Positions 19,622 to 30,073 are shown, counted from the stretch's first letter. The stretch is 64,000 nt of DNA from Cyanobacteriota bacterium (GCA_046045965.1 JBJOKS010000009.1:98931-162930); one strand, 5' to 3'. The notes: generated by a model from the letters alone, not told the origin. Program-made: numbers and translations.

Positions 19622-20437
19622 TCAGTTTATGGGGTTGCATTTGTTGGCTGGAGTAGGTAAACGTATTTTTATCTCCTGGTAAAATTCTTCTTGAAATAGC
19701 TCAACTTTAGATTGTGCAGACAGCAGCAGTAACGCCCAAAAAACGCTCACCATGTCACCATGTTCTGTTTCATGCTTAGAGGCATTTTTCTCTGGTTGCT
19801 TTGTCTTGGTCCACAACTGCACCAGTTGTTCTAAATTCAAACATTGTTCCTGTAAATTTAGTTCTCCTGCCAAAAGATGCAACACCTGTTCGAGTTCTAA
19901 AGCTACCTCTGTTAAATTTTCCTGGTGAGCTAATTCTAATGCCTCCCGCATCGTTTGCATACTAGGCTGACGCTTAGGACGGTGAGGTTTGCTTGATTTC
20001 TCTACCTGTTTTAGCTGGTTAGCCATAATCTGCAATTGCGTGATTAACTCTTGCAGAGTCACACGACGCTTTTGTGGTGGCATTGCTGCTGGACGACGAC
20101 GCAACTGTCGCTCTAGTTGCAAACGCTGGATGGGATATAGTTCCCCATCTGCATCATGCAGCATTGAATCATCAGATACATTATCTATAATATTATCTAC
20201 TGTTGACAATTGCATTAAGGTATTAGCTTTAAATAGTACAAGCATGGATGCTGACAAAAAAGCCTGTCCAGATTGAGATAAGTCAGCCTCATAACCTCTG
20301 GCTGTTGCCTCTGGTGACATTAATTCTAAGTAGCGATCAATCACCTCAATTACCTGCACATCCCAAGGGTCTATTTCTCCCTTTTGGGCTTGTTCAATCA
20401 GGTGTGTAATTGTTTCTAATAGCTTTTGGGCATCCAT
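19622..20437 (-). CDS. scpA: Segregation/condensation protein A
   Basis: GEIDPWDVQVI, RRVTLQELI, FWALLLL...KVEL.QEEFY. Confidence 0.88.
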   Translation of the reverse strand: MDAQKLLETITHLIEQAQKGEIDPWDVQVIEVIDRYLELMSPEATARGYEADLSQSGQAFLSASMLVLFKANTLMQLSTVDNIIDNVSDDSMLHDADGELYPIQRLQLERQLRRRPAAMPPQKRRVTLQELITQLQIMANQLKQVEKSSKPHRPKRQPSMQTMREALELAHQENLTEVALELEQVLHLLAGELNLQEQCLNLEQLVQLWTKTKQPEKNASKHETEHGDMVSVFWALLLLSAQSKVELFQEEFYQEIKIRLPTPANKCNPIN

Positions 20438-20444
20438 TAATTTA

Positions 20445-20478
<34 letters not shown>

Positions 20479-20507
20479 TTTCAAGGAGAATTTAACCCAA
20501 TCAACTA

Positions 20508-21626
20508 TCAACTATCACCATATTTTTCATCATTAACCACTGTATAGCTATATACAGAATTTCCATGTTTACTATTTTTAATCGCATCGAAAGTGCCTTT
20601 GATAGTACCAGCAATGGGTACAGCAACCAGTGTTCCCAACAAACCAGCAATTTCAAATCCCATCAAAATAGCTACAAAAATCCATAGGGGATTGAGGCCG
20701 ATAAAGTTACCAAGTAACTTGGGTGCGAGGATGTTATCTTTGATTTGCTGCATGATAATTGCCACCATTGCCACTGGAAATACTAATAACCAATTTTGTA
20801 ATAAAACTAACAACGTTACCAAGCCTATACCTAAAGTAGCCCCGATAAAAGGGATCAGCTCAGAAATACCAATGATAATGGCAAATAACAGGGCAAATGG
20901 TACTCTGAGAAATAAGAAAATAGGTGTCAGGGCTACCACCATGAAAAGTGCCAGTAACAATTGGCTCAGGAAAAAGTTCTGAAAATTTAATTGTAAGGAC
21001 TTGCTGAAGGGGATACCAAAATGAGATGGGAGGAGATTAATCAGACCATACCACACGCGATCGCCATATAGCAGCATATAAAAAGCAAGTACAATAATTA
21101 ACACAATCTTCAATAATAATGACAATATAGTTCCAGCCAATCCTACAGCACCGGAAGCTATCTGTTGCAATAGGTTCTGCACACCAGCATTGATTTGATT
21201 GGCTACTAAACTTATGTCAATTTCTATACGTTTTTGACGTGCCAATACTTGCAATTTCCCCAGGTTCTCTTGACTAGAGGCTAACCAATCAGGAATATTA
21301 TTTAAAAGCTGGATTGTTTGGTCAATTAGCATGGGGACAAGGGTAACACCCAAAATAATCAACAAAGTTAAGGTGATGAGTAAGACAATTATTACTGAGT
21401 ACGTGCGAGTGATCCTGGCTTTCTCAAATAACTTGACCGGGTAATTGAGTAAAAACGCCAAAATTGCCGCAATACTCAAGATAGTAATGGGGTTCTGGAA
21501 ATAACGGAACAAGACAGACAGTAGCCAGACATTGAGAGCGATAATCGGACCACTCAGACCATAAATTAATAAACTTTGTAGAGAGGCTGAACGGCGCATC
21601 TGATTTAATGTATAGGCAGGAGGCAA
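20508..21626 (-). CDS. AI-2E family transporter
   Basis: Multi-TM; IPFIGA, QQIKDNILAPKLLG, GLNP; start may be 21599. Confidence 0.88.
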   Translation of the reverse strand: MPPAYTLNQMRRSASLQSLLIYGLSGPIIALNVWLLSVLFRYFQNPITILSIAAILAFLLNYPVKLFEKARITRTYSVIIVLLITLTLLIILGVTLVPMLIDQTIQLLNNIPDWLASSQENLGKLQVLARQKRIEIDISLVANQINAGVQNLLQQIASGAVGLAGTILSLLLKIVLIIVLAFYMLLYGDRVWYGLINLLPSHFGIPFSKSLQLNFQNFFLSQLLLALFMVVALTPIFLFLRVPFALLFAIIIGISELIPFIGATLGIGLVTLLVLLQNWLLVFPVAMVAIIMQQIKDNILAPKLLGNFIGLNPLWIFVAILMGFEIAGLLGTLVAVPIAGTIKGTFDAIKNSKHGNSVYSYTVVNDEKYGDS

Positions 21627-21757
21627 ATCAAGTCAAAAGTCAAAAGTCAAAAGTCAAAAGTGTCTATGCTTTTTGGAACTATTACCACTGTTAATCATCA
21701 TAAATATTTTTCTCACATACTGGTATAAGATTATCTAAAAATAAGGGCATAAAAACG

Positions 21758-22402
21758 ATGGATAAAAACATAGCTGACCTTCGCAAAGACTACACTTTGC
21801 AAGATTTGAGTGAAAAGGAAATTGACCCTAATCCTTTTATACAATTTAAATTCTGGTTTGATCAGGCTCTAGCAGCACAATTACCTGAACCTAACGCCAT
21901 GACTCTGGCTACATCTACCCCAGATGGCAAACCTTCAGCGAGAATGGTATTATTAAAGGATTTTGATGAACGAGGTTTTGTTTTATTTACTAACTATAAT
22001 AGTCACAAAGGACAAGAACTAGCGACAAACCCCCATGCGGCATTAGTATTTTGGTGGGCTGAATTAGAACGTCAAGTGAGAATTGTCGGGACTGTAGAAA
22101 AGATTTCTTCAGCAGAGTCTGATGGCTATTTTGAAGTACGTCCCCATAATAGTCGTTTAGGTGCATGGGCTTCTAATCAAAGTGAGGTGATTTCTGGTAG
22201 GGAAGTTTTAGAAGCACAATTACAGGAATTTCAGCGTAAATATGAAAATCAGGAAGTTCCTAGACCACCTCATTGGGGAGGTTATCGGATTATTCCCCAA
22301 GAAATCGAGTTTTGGCAGGGACGTTCTAGCCGTTTACACGACAGGTTGCTTTATACTCGTTTAAATGATGGAAGTTGGAAAATAGAGCGTTTATCACCTT
22401 AA
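21758..22402 (+). CDS. pdxH: Pyridoxine/pyridoxamine 5'-phosphate oxidase
   Basis: [31 protein letters not shown]. Confidence 0.96.
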   Translation: MDKNIADLRKDYTLQDLSEKEIDPNPFIQFKFWFDQALAAQLPEPNAMTLATSTPDGKPSARMVLLKDFDERGFVLFTNYNSHKGQELATNPHAALVFWWAELERQVRIVGTVEKISSAESDGYFEVRPHNSRLGAWASNQSEVISGREVLEAQLQEFQRKYENQEVPRPPHWGGYRIIPQEIEFWQGRSSRLHDRLLYTRLNDGSWKIERLSP

Positions 22403-22437
22403 TTTTTTGTAGCGGGCAAGATGCCCGTACCACAATT

Positions 22438-23163
22438 TTAGGAGATAGTGTTAGGATCAATGCCTAGTTCTCGTAACTTAGCTGCTAATAATTCAGCCCG
22501 TTGACGTTCTTGTTCTGCTTGTTCACTACTCCACAGCAGCAAATTTCCGTCACTATCCCACCACCGCAACCAGTTCATGGTTTGACATAATCTTTCACCT
22601 GGCCAAATTCCTAAAAATAGCGAGAGTTCAGGAATCCAAAAACGTCCATTAGGATCTGCTTTTTGTTTGCTGTATTCTCCATTTTGCAAACAGCGTACTT
22701 CTAAACTGGGTTCGTAGGGATCATAGGTGACATAAGTGGGAACTTGGAGAATGTGTTCGTAAAAATACAACTTTCCGTAAGGTGGTGTGGAACGTACTGA
22801 TAATTCTCCACATTCCGTATCAGAAAGAAATTCCATCACTACAGCTACAGCTTCCCCTTCGAGGTTGGGTGTATAACTGCGACGTACCACATCAGCAGCG
22901 ACAGGATGCACCTGTGGCACATAAAACCAGTCGGGGGCTTTAACGATGATTTTTTTGTTTAAGGTGGCTACAAGCCCAAAATTAGAGCCAATCAGCATTT
23001 GTGGTAGAATGCGTCCTGCTGCACCTAAAGCGTCGGTGAGTGCAGCAGCTAAAGGCGGTTGTTGAATATTTTCCACTGGGTCGTCAGGTAAAATAAAATC
23101 AGCGGGAAGTGCTTCCCAGGTGACAATGGGTGTTTTTTGGATGGGTTGCGTTTGTAGAATCAT
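22438..23163 (-). CDS. Uma2/DUF820 family endonuclease-like protein
   Basis: LPDDPVEN, APDWFYV, VMEFLS, WLRWWD, LRELGIDP tail. Confidence 0.9.
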   Translation of the reverse strand: MILQTQPIQKTPIVTWEALPADFILPDDPVENIQQPPLAAALTDALGAAGRILPQMLIGSNFGLVATLNKKIIVKAPDWFYVPQVHPVAADVVRRSYTPNLEGEAVAVVMEFLSDTECGELSVRSTPPYGKLYFYEHILQVPTYVTYDPYEPSLEVRCLQNGEYSKQKADPNGRFWIPELSLFLGIWPGERLCQTMNWLRWWDSDGNLLLWSSEQAEQERQRAELLAAKLRELGIDPNTIS

Positions 23164-23274
23164 AGATTTATTTATAGGTGATCTGAATTAGGATTTGCAG
23201 AATTTTCAATGTCTAAATCAGCAACGCCGCAATTTTAATGTAACAGAAGTTTCTCTGCCAAACCCAAAAAGGAC

Positions 23275-23303
23275 TTGACAAAATTCTGAGTTTTGGGTAT
23301 GCT
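23275..23303 (+). promoter_or_regulatory. Sigma70-like promoter firing into the repeat nest
   Basis: TTGACA-17 nt-TATGCT. Confidence 0.6.
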
Positions 23304-23361
23304 TAGGTTATGGGTGGAAAATGTGCGCGCATATAAGATAGGTAATTTAAAGATTTTGGTT

Positions 23362-23814
23362 GTCTGAATCAGGATTTTCAGGATTTAAGGATTTATGGCT
23401 AACGCCACGCTACGCGAACAGGATGTTATTTGATGATGGTTGGTTTTCTTTAAGGATTTTTTTGGTCTGAATCAGGATTTTCAGGATTTGAGGATGTACA
23501 GGATGTGATTTGATGATGGTTGGTTATGTACGAATTCTGGAATAATGAACCACGTTCATCGAAAGTGTTCCCGCAGGGTAGGAAGCAAAGTACGCGAAGG
23601 TAAGAGGTTTTAGAGAGATTTTCTGTTTTCATCCTCTACATCCATAAATGTTAGTTGTCCTGATTGTCACCATCTGCGTTTATCTGCGTTTTTATCCTGT
23701 ACATCCTAAAATCCTGGTTATCCTGATTCTGACAAAATACAATTTCTGAAAATTTAGATCAATCTTCAAAAACCATCCTGTACATCCTCAAATCCTGGAC
23801 ATCCTGATTCAGAC
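23362..23814. repeat. Nest of repeat A copies (two forward, two reverse) with embedded micro-insertions
   Basis: + copies 23362-23425 and 23465-23505; - copies 23694-23733 and 23774-23814. Confidence 0.85.
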
Positions 23815-24051
23815 TATTCCAACCGCCAAATTTTGATAGGGTTGTCATCACTCCCACTCACCAAAGTCCTACCATCCGGGCTGATAGCTAGGGAACTAAC
23901 CCTTCCCAAAACCACCACCACCCAAAAGTTTAACAGGACGATAACGGTTTCTCAGGACAACCAAAGGAACACCACAATTAGGACAAAACTTTGTCGTATC
24001 TGGTACAGGTGGATTATGACAGTCTGGGTTCAGACAACATATCTGATTCAT
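23814..24051 (-). pseudogene. Internally deleted Ser/Thr kinase-WD40 gene
   Basis: MNQICCLNPDCHNPPVPDTTKFCPNCGVPLVVLRNRYRPVKLLGGGGFGK joined out of frame to VSSLAISPDGRTLVSGSDDNPIKIWRLE*. Confidence 0.85.
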
Positions 24052-24314
24052 TGTTTGGGGTAGATACTTTGATATTTAGAATATATACAATAATATACTC
24101 GCTAATTTCATAACACTGATGTTTTATTTCTTAGCGTCTTAACGTCAGCACCTTAATAATTCTTAACTTAAAAATCCCAAAAAAGTTTCAACACCCTTTT
24201 TTACCCCGAAATTATTGAGAATGGTTGCGAATGACTTAACGTATTTTCAAGGGTCTTGACTTCTGGCAGGGTTGTGTTATGATAAATTTTAGGAAAATCC
24301 AAGGGTGTGATATT

Positions 24315-24776
24315 GTCTAAATCAGGATATCCAGGATTTAAGGATTTACAGGATGTTATTTAATGATGGTTGGTGATTTATAAAACCAAATATATTTTCT
24401 TGATTTCTAGACTAATGGAAATAATGGACATGATGAAAATCTTTTCATCCTGTTCATCCTGTTCATCCTGGTTATCCTGATTCTGACAAATTTTATCTCT
24501 GGTGTCACGCAAAGAAGCAAAAAAGGAATCCTGTAAATCCTGGACATCGTGATTCTCACCATCTGCGTCTATCTGCGTTCATCCGCGTTCCCAAAATTCC
24601 AACCCAGAAAATCAAAAACCCTATATATATGCGCCCACAGATTTCTACTCATAACATAAGTGTACAAAATTATTTCCAGATTGTCAAGTAGAAAAATGTC
24701 GATTGCGCGGAGCGCACTGCCGTAGGCGATCGCAAAAATCCTGTAAATCGTTCAATCCTGGATATCCTGAAATCCT
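24315..24776. repeat. Second half of the repeat nest (repeat A forward and reverse, ATCTGCGT arrays, HIP1-adjacent hairpin element)
   Basis: + copy 24315-24355; - copies 24446-24487, ~24528-24557, ~24738-24776. Confidence 0.8.
24659..24687 (-). promoter_or_regulatory. Sigma70-like promoter, homologous to and convergent with the one at 23275
   Basis: Minus strand TTGACA-17 nt-TACACT. Confidence 0.6.
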
Positions 24777-25567
24777 GATGTTAACAATGTATATCTCAAA
24801 TAAAACCCACCCCAAACAAACAGAATAATTACCACAGCACCAATACCCAATAAATTAGGAAGCCAAAAAACAACTTCTACATGATTTAATTCACCTGGTT
24901 TGAGTTTCCATATCAGTTGATTTCCATTTTTTTCTGGTTGAATGAAATCTTCGTTTTGTTGAATATTTTGAACTCCCCAAGGTGTCTGTAAACTAAAGTC
25001 TAAATTGAGAATTGAACCAGTACCTGTTAAGACTTTTCCTTTGCTGGTAAGTACAGAAAGAGAACGCAAATCTAAATCATAAATTAAATGATTTCTCGAT
25101 AAAAGTAAAAAGTTATTATCCTGAATCATTAAATTAGAAGAAATATTTGGTATTTCTACATCAGTGTTAATTGGATCAGATTTTTGAGCAGTGCGGTAAT
25201 TGAAAAAACCACTAAATTTTTCTTGTAATTCTCTACCATTACTAAAAGGAATTTTGACAATGATTTCTTCTGGAGAAATGCGTTTTGCTGAACCTTCTAA
25301 TTTTCTAGCGCGACGTGCTAAACTATTTAACCATTCAGACACATAATCACCGCTAAAACTGGTTAATTTTTCTGATAATTTAATATGTTGTACTAATTCC
25401 CCATTGTTAGCATTATTAAAATTAATTCCTAAATCGTATTTAACACAACCAGATAACATTAAAGAAACAAATATTATCAACAATGGAAAAATCGGTTTTT
25501 TAATTTTGATTTTCATGATGTTGGTAAATATAAACTTGCATTGTTTTCCTAAATTAGCTATATTCAT
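24752..25567 (-). CDS. DUF3153-like lipoprotein/membrane protein
   Basis: LSGCV lipobox-like motif, YDLDLRSL, C-terminal TM; start uncertain. Confidence 0.7.
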   Translation of the reverse strand: MNIANLGKQCKFIFTNIMKIKIKKPIFPLLIIFVSLMLSGCVKYDLGINFNNANNGELVQHIKLSEKLTSFSGDYVSEWLNSLARRARKLEGSAKRISPEEIIVKIPFSNGRELQEKFSGFFNYRTAQKSDPINTDVEIPNISSNLMIQDNNFLLLSRNHLIYDLDLRSLSVLTSKGKVLTGTGSILNLDFSLQTPWGVQNIQQNEDFIQPEKNGNQLIWKLKPGELNHVEVVFWLPNLLGIGAVVIILFVWGGFYLRYTLLTSGFQDIQD

Positions 25568-25594
25568 AATTTTGGTTTTCCCTAATCTTAAAAT

Positions 25595-26116
25595 TTACAA
25601 ACTTAACCAAACTAAAGAGGAAATTGTTAAAGCTGCAACAATTAACGCTAACCAGATAAAACGATTATCTTTAGTATTAACTGTACTTAAATCAACATAT
25701 TCTGGTTCTACAGATTTCGGTTTTGCTGCTGATTTTTTGGGTTTAGAAGTAACGACTATTTTTGATTCATTATCAGAAATAGCCTCAAAATCGGGAATTT
25801 CCGTCATCCATTCTTTTGGTCTTTTTAACTTGGGAGCTTTTAAAATATAAACTAACCGTTTTGCTTGTAACCTAGTTTCATAGTGGGGATGACGGGAGAG
25901 TTGTTGACAAAGTGCGATCGCATCTTCTGAACGTCCAGAAGCTTCATAAGCATTCACTAACCAAATATCTACTTCTCCTCCAAAACGTGTATTTCTAGCT
26001 AATAAGGCGCTGGCTTTTTCTAAATTTTCCACCGCTTCCCGATATTGTCCATTTTCAAAAGCTGCTTGTCCAGCTATGTAACGATTTTTAGCAAGTTCTA
26101 AACTTTCTGTAGTCAT
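25595..26116 (-). CDS. TPR-containing membrane-anchored protein
   Basis: AFENGQYREAV..LEKA TPR-like helices, APKL.RP.EW, C-terminal TM. Confidence 0.75.
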   Translation of the reverse strand: MTTESLELAKNRYIAGQAAFENGQYREAVENLEKASALLARNTRFGGEVDIWLVNAYEASGRSEDAIALCQQLSRHPHYETRLQAKRLVYILKAPKLKRPKEWMTEIPDFEAISDNESKIVVTSKPKKSAAKPKSVEPEYVDLSTVNTKDNRFIWLALIVAALTISSLVWLSL

Positions 26117-26275
26117 TAGTCATTAGTTATTAGTTATTAGTTATTGGTTATTAGTTATTGGTCATTAGTCATTAGTTATTGGTCATTAGTTAATTTTCCC
26201 AATCACCAATCCCAGTCCCCAGTCCCCAGTCCCCAATCACCAATCACCAGTCCCCAATCCCCAATTACCCAATTA

Positions 26276-27166
26276 TCATTTAAATTGAGAACCGAGAATC
26301 ATGGTTCCAATCCCTACATCTGTAAAGATTTCTAACAACAAAGCGTGAGGGATGCGGCCATCAATGATGTGTGCGGCTTTAACTCCTTGAGCGAGCGATC
26401 GCACACAACAAGTTACTTTAGGAATCATACCGCCACTCACTACACCATCGTTAATCAATTGACGAGCTTCAGGAATATCCACTTTAGGAATTAAGGTAGA
26501 TGGATCTTTATAATCTTTTAAAATCCCCCTGGTATCGGTCAGTAAAATCAACTTTTCTGCTCCTAAAGCAGCAGCTATTTCCCCGGCTACAGTATCAGCA
26601 TTAATATTGTAAGCTTGTCCGTCCTCATCAGCCGCAACGCTAGAAACTACGGGAATATAGCCATTACTAGCAAGAGTTTCTAAAATCTTGATGTTAACAT
26701 TACTGACTTCTCCAACAAAACCGATACCTTCATCACCTTGGGGACGAGCAGTAATTAAATTACCATCTTTACCGCAAAGTCCCACAGCCATACCACCAGC
26801 TTGGTTAATCAGGGAGACAATTTCTTTATTGACTCGACCCACTAATACCATTTCGACCACATCCATTGTTGGTGCATCAGTGACGCGCAAACCATTCTTA
26901 AACTGTGCTTCAATTCCTAGTTTACCTAACCAACTGTTAATTTCTGGTCCACCACCATGTACTAAAATTGGTCGCAATCCAACACAGGATAAAAATACAA
27001 TGTCACGGATGACTTTATCTTTGAGGGTGCTATCTTTCATAGCTGCACCTCCGTATTTGACAACAACGGTACGACCTGCGAATTGTTGAATGTAAGGTAG
27101 TGCTTCGCTGAGGATTTCGACGCGATTAGCTTCAGTTTGCCTGATATACTCGGTATCGTTGATCAT
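26276..27166 (-). CDS. argB: Acetylglutamate kinase
   Basis: [29 protein letters not shown]. Confidence 0.97.
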   Translation of the reverse strand: MINDTEYIRQTEANRVEILSEALPYIQQFAGRTVVVKYGGAAMKDSTLKDKVIRDIVFLSCVGLRPILVHGGGPEINSWLGKLGIEAQFKNGLRVTDAPTMDVVEMVLVGRVNKEIVSLINQAGGMAVGLCGKDGNLITARPQGDEGIGFVGEVSNVNIKILETLASNGYIPVVSSVAADEDGQAYNINADTVAGEIAAALGAEKLILLTDTRGILKDYKDPSTLIPKVDIPEARQLINDGVVSGGMIPKVTCCVRSLAQGVKAAHIIDGRIPHALLLEIFTDVGIGTMILGSQFK

Positions 27167-27249
27167 TTTCAGGATCTTCCAATTTTGAAGACAAGGTTTT
27201 TACATGATCAAAACATGAAAACAACTTCCTATCACAAAATATCCTCAGA

Positions 27250-27804
27250 TCAATTTTGGTGTTGTGAAACTTGAGTTTTGAGAACACTGGGAATTGCGGC
27301 TAGGATGCGGGTAACAATTTCTGCTGGTGTTTGCTCCTCAGTGATGGTAATATGTAAGTCAGCTTGGGAGTAAAGTGGTTGACGTTGTTCGAGGAGCGAT
27401 CGCAATTTAGCTTCAGGATCAGGATCTTGTAAAAGTGGTCTTGTTTCATCTTCTGCTAACCGCTTTAACAAGATATCAACTGGTACATCCAGCCATACTA
27501 TCAAACCATGACGAAGATAACCCCAGTTTTCTTGTCGCAGGACAATACCCCCACCAGTAGCGATAGTCAATTTTGTATAAGCACAAACTTGAGCTAAAAC
27601 ATCACTTTCCAACTGTCGAAACGCTGCTTCACCTTCAACGGTAAATATGTCATTGATAGATTTACCAGCTGCTTTAACTATAACATCATCAGTATCTAAA
27701 AACCCATAACCCAATTCCTGTGCTAGTAAGCGACCAACAGTGCTTTTACCAACACCCATCATACCGATTAAATACAGGTTTACTCCTTTTAATAAGTTAC
27801 TCAT
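27250..27804 (-). CDS. aroK: Shikimate kinase
   Basis: GMMGVGKSTVG, GEAAFRQLE, ATGGG, RPLL. Confidence 0.95.
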   Translation of the reverse strand: MSNLLKGVNLYLIGMMGVGKSTVGRLLAQELGYGFLDTDDVIVKAAGKSINDIFTVEGEAAFRQLESDVLAQVCAYTKLTIATGGGIVLRQENWGYLRHGLIVWLDVPVDILLKRLAEDETRPLLQDPDPEAKLRSLLEQRQPLYSQADLHITITEEQTPAEIVTRILAAIPSVLKTQVSQHQN

Positions 27805-27844
27805 TGCTTCTGAAATTTTCTAATTACCAAATCCTCACTGTACT

Positions 27845-29431
27845 CTAAATTTGGCTGTTGTATGGATTTTTTTTCACATAGTTTTTCAACTGTGCCGCTA
27901 AAATTGGATCACTCATTAATAAGCTAGTCTCCGTTTCAGTGGGAGATTGAAAATCTTTTTCTCTTAAGCGTTCAATTATATATTCCTTCCAAACTGAACT
28001 GGGAGATAAATTAGCAGCTTGGATATCAAGGAATGACCGACGCTGGAGTAATTCCAAAGTTTCCAAAATTAATCTTTGTCCTAATCTCGGCGACCATCCG
28101 GGTATAATAAGGCTGGTTAAAGTCAGCACAGAAGTACAATCTGGATTTAATACCAGCCAATACATGATATACTTTTCCAACTCCGACAAGTGATTAAACT
28201 GGTGATCCAGAATTCTGCGGATATCACCAAAAACGAGAGTACCCTGTGCCAAAAACTGATATATACTACCACCAAATAAATTTTGAATTGTGGTAGCAAC
28301 TAATTTCAAAAATAACGGATTACCACCATACCAGTCTATCAATATGCTGGTGTCTCTATAGTCTAATGCAGGTAATCCTTTAGCTTCCAGGATAACCAAG
28401 CTTTCTGTCATGTTTAAACCAGTCAATTTTAAAGACCGAACAGGTAGTTTTTCTCCTTCGATAGCAGCAATTTCTGGTGGTTTTTCCCGACTGGTGATGA
28501 ATAAGCAGCTTTGATGTTGAGAATCACCTACTCTTCTGATTAACTCACCGTAACCTTCATAACTTGGAAGATACTGAATCTGTGACAGTAATTCAGGTTT
28601 ACTGGTTGTTACTTGATTAGGATCACCGCTGCATAAAATTGAGTCAATCTTATCTAAGACCAAAAGACAGCGCACCTTGCGTAAACTATCAATCAATTGA
28701 GAAATTCTGGTATTCAGAGTTGCTGTTTGGTCTATCTGTACGGTTGGTGATAATGTCTGCATAATATCGGTTAACATAGCATCTATCGGAGGACATAGAT
28801 GCAGCGATCGCCAAATTACACATTCAAACTGATCTTGAATTTCCTGGGCTAACTTAATAGAAAAAGTAGTTTTACCGATTCCTCCCATACCTAACACTAC
28901 AACTAACCGACAGTGCTGTTGTACAATCCATTCGGAGACTGTGGTTAGTTCTCTTACCCGTCCACAAAAACCACTAACATCAACCGCTTCACCCCAATCT
29001 TGAATTTTCGTAGATTCAACTTTGAGTAAACTAGTGTCTTGCTCTCTGATATTTTTAATGAACGTGTTTATTTGTTTCACATAAAACAAGTTTTTTTTAT
29101 ACCCGGCTTTTTCTAATAAATAAGTCACATGACTCCAGTTTTTTACCTTAACTGAGTCTCCCAATTGCCTACTCAGCATATCTTCTATGTATTTATATAA
29201 ACCATTAGATAGATAGACTCTGACAGTAGCACTATTGCGACTTTGATAAACTCTCTTGGCTATTTCCGCAGGACTGCAACCGCAAAGCAAACCTCTCAGC
29301 AATTTCTTTTCTACAAGTGTCAAGGCTTTTCTCTTTGCAGAAGCTAAATCCACATACAATTTTTCTAAATCCCAATTTTTTTGAGCTTCTAAAAATTCTT
29401 CTTCTGGTGGTTGCGAACCTGCTACAGACAT
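27845..29431 (-). CDS. STAND/NB-ARC NTPase with N-terminal HTH-like domain and no WD40 tail
   Basis: DWGEA, GMGGIGKT, LLVLD, TSRE, YGGNPL; N-terminal helical domain. Confidence 0.85.
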   Translation of the reverse strand: MSVAGSQPPEEEFLEAQKNWDLEKLYVDLASAKRKALTLVEKKLLRGLLCGCSPAEIAKRVYQSRNSATVRVYLSNGLYKYIEDMLSRQLGDSVKVKNWSHVTYLLEKAGYKKNLFYVKQINTFIKNIREQDTSLLKVESTKIQDWGEAVDVSGFCGRVRELTTVSEWIVQQHCRLVVVLGMGGIGKTTFSIKLAQEIQDQFECVIWRSLHLCPPIDAMLTDIMQTLSPTVQIDQTATLNTRISQLIDSLRKVRCLLVLDKIDSILCSGDPNQVTTSKPELLSQIQYLPSYEGYGELIRRVGDSQHQSCLFITSREKPPEIAAIEGEKLPVRSLKLTGLNMTESLVILEAKGLPALDYRDTSILIDWYGGNPLFLKLVATTIQNLFGGSIYQFLAQGTLVFGDIRRILDHQFNHLSELEKYIMYWLVLNPDCTSVLTLTSLIIPGWSPRLGQRLILETLELLQRRSFLDIQAANLSPSSVWKEYIIERLREKDFQSPTETETSLLMSDPILAAQLKNYVKKNPYNSQI

Positions 29432-29828
29432 TATTGTTAACGATTTATTTACAGTTACGTTAGCGATATACTAACGTTTCTTCCGTAAAATCCGAATAAA
29501 CTAACTGTAAAGTTATAACGAATTTAATAACTGTTGTTAGGTGCATTTTCATTTACTACTTAGGTATGCTTATCCTTAACAGAAATTTCATATAACTTGT
29601 TTGAAACTTTAAGGAAATAAATGCTGTCAATACAAAAAGGTGAATTGCCCATTGTGATGCTATCAGCAATACAGGATCTTACTTCTCAAGTGGGCTGTTA
29701 GCAAACAATCATCAATTCGTTTTTATTGTCCAGGTGTAAACAATTACCGAATTTTTCATCTTTTACAAACCAGCTTTTTCCAACTGAGAAAGCTTTCATC
29801 AATTAACTGTGATATGCATAATTTATCA

Positions 29829-30050
29829 GCTATGACTCGAATTCGAGACATTGTACAAACAGCTTTAACTACTGGCTATTTAACTGTGGAAGCAGAAAAC
29901 CAACTCCGAGAACTGTTAACTACCCGATATGACTGTGAGGATTTTAATGCCTTCATGGCTTTGCAGGAAGCAGCGATGATGGGTCAAATAAAGCAGGAGT
30001 CACGAGAGTCACGACAGCAGTTTGGCTTAAAGAAGACTCTCAAGGGCTGA
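29829..30050 (+). CDS. Small conserved cyanobacterial-type hypothetical protein
   Basis: IRDIVQ.AL.TGYLTVEAENQLR; start uncertain (29814 or about 29830). Confidence 0.65.
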   Translation, partial: AMTRIRDIVQTALTTGYLTVEAENQLRELLTTRYDCEDFNAFMALQEAAMMGQIKQESRESRQQFGLKKTLKG

Positions 30051-30073
30051 ATTAACTATTTTTCTCCCATCAT

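Noticed and set aside
23450..24063. ORFs 23450-23632 (-) and 23833-24063 (+), and similarly 26144, 35575, 60187, 60375, 60656
   Set aside because: Translations of repeats, or antisense shadows of gene remnants
23362..24776. Repeat A clusters as a CRISPR array
   Set aside because: Copies are degenerate, occur in both orientations with irregular spacing, and no cas genes are present
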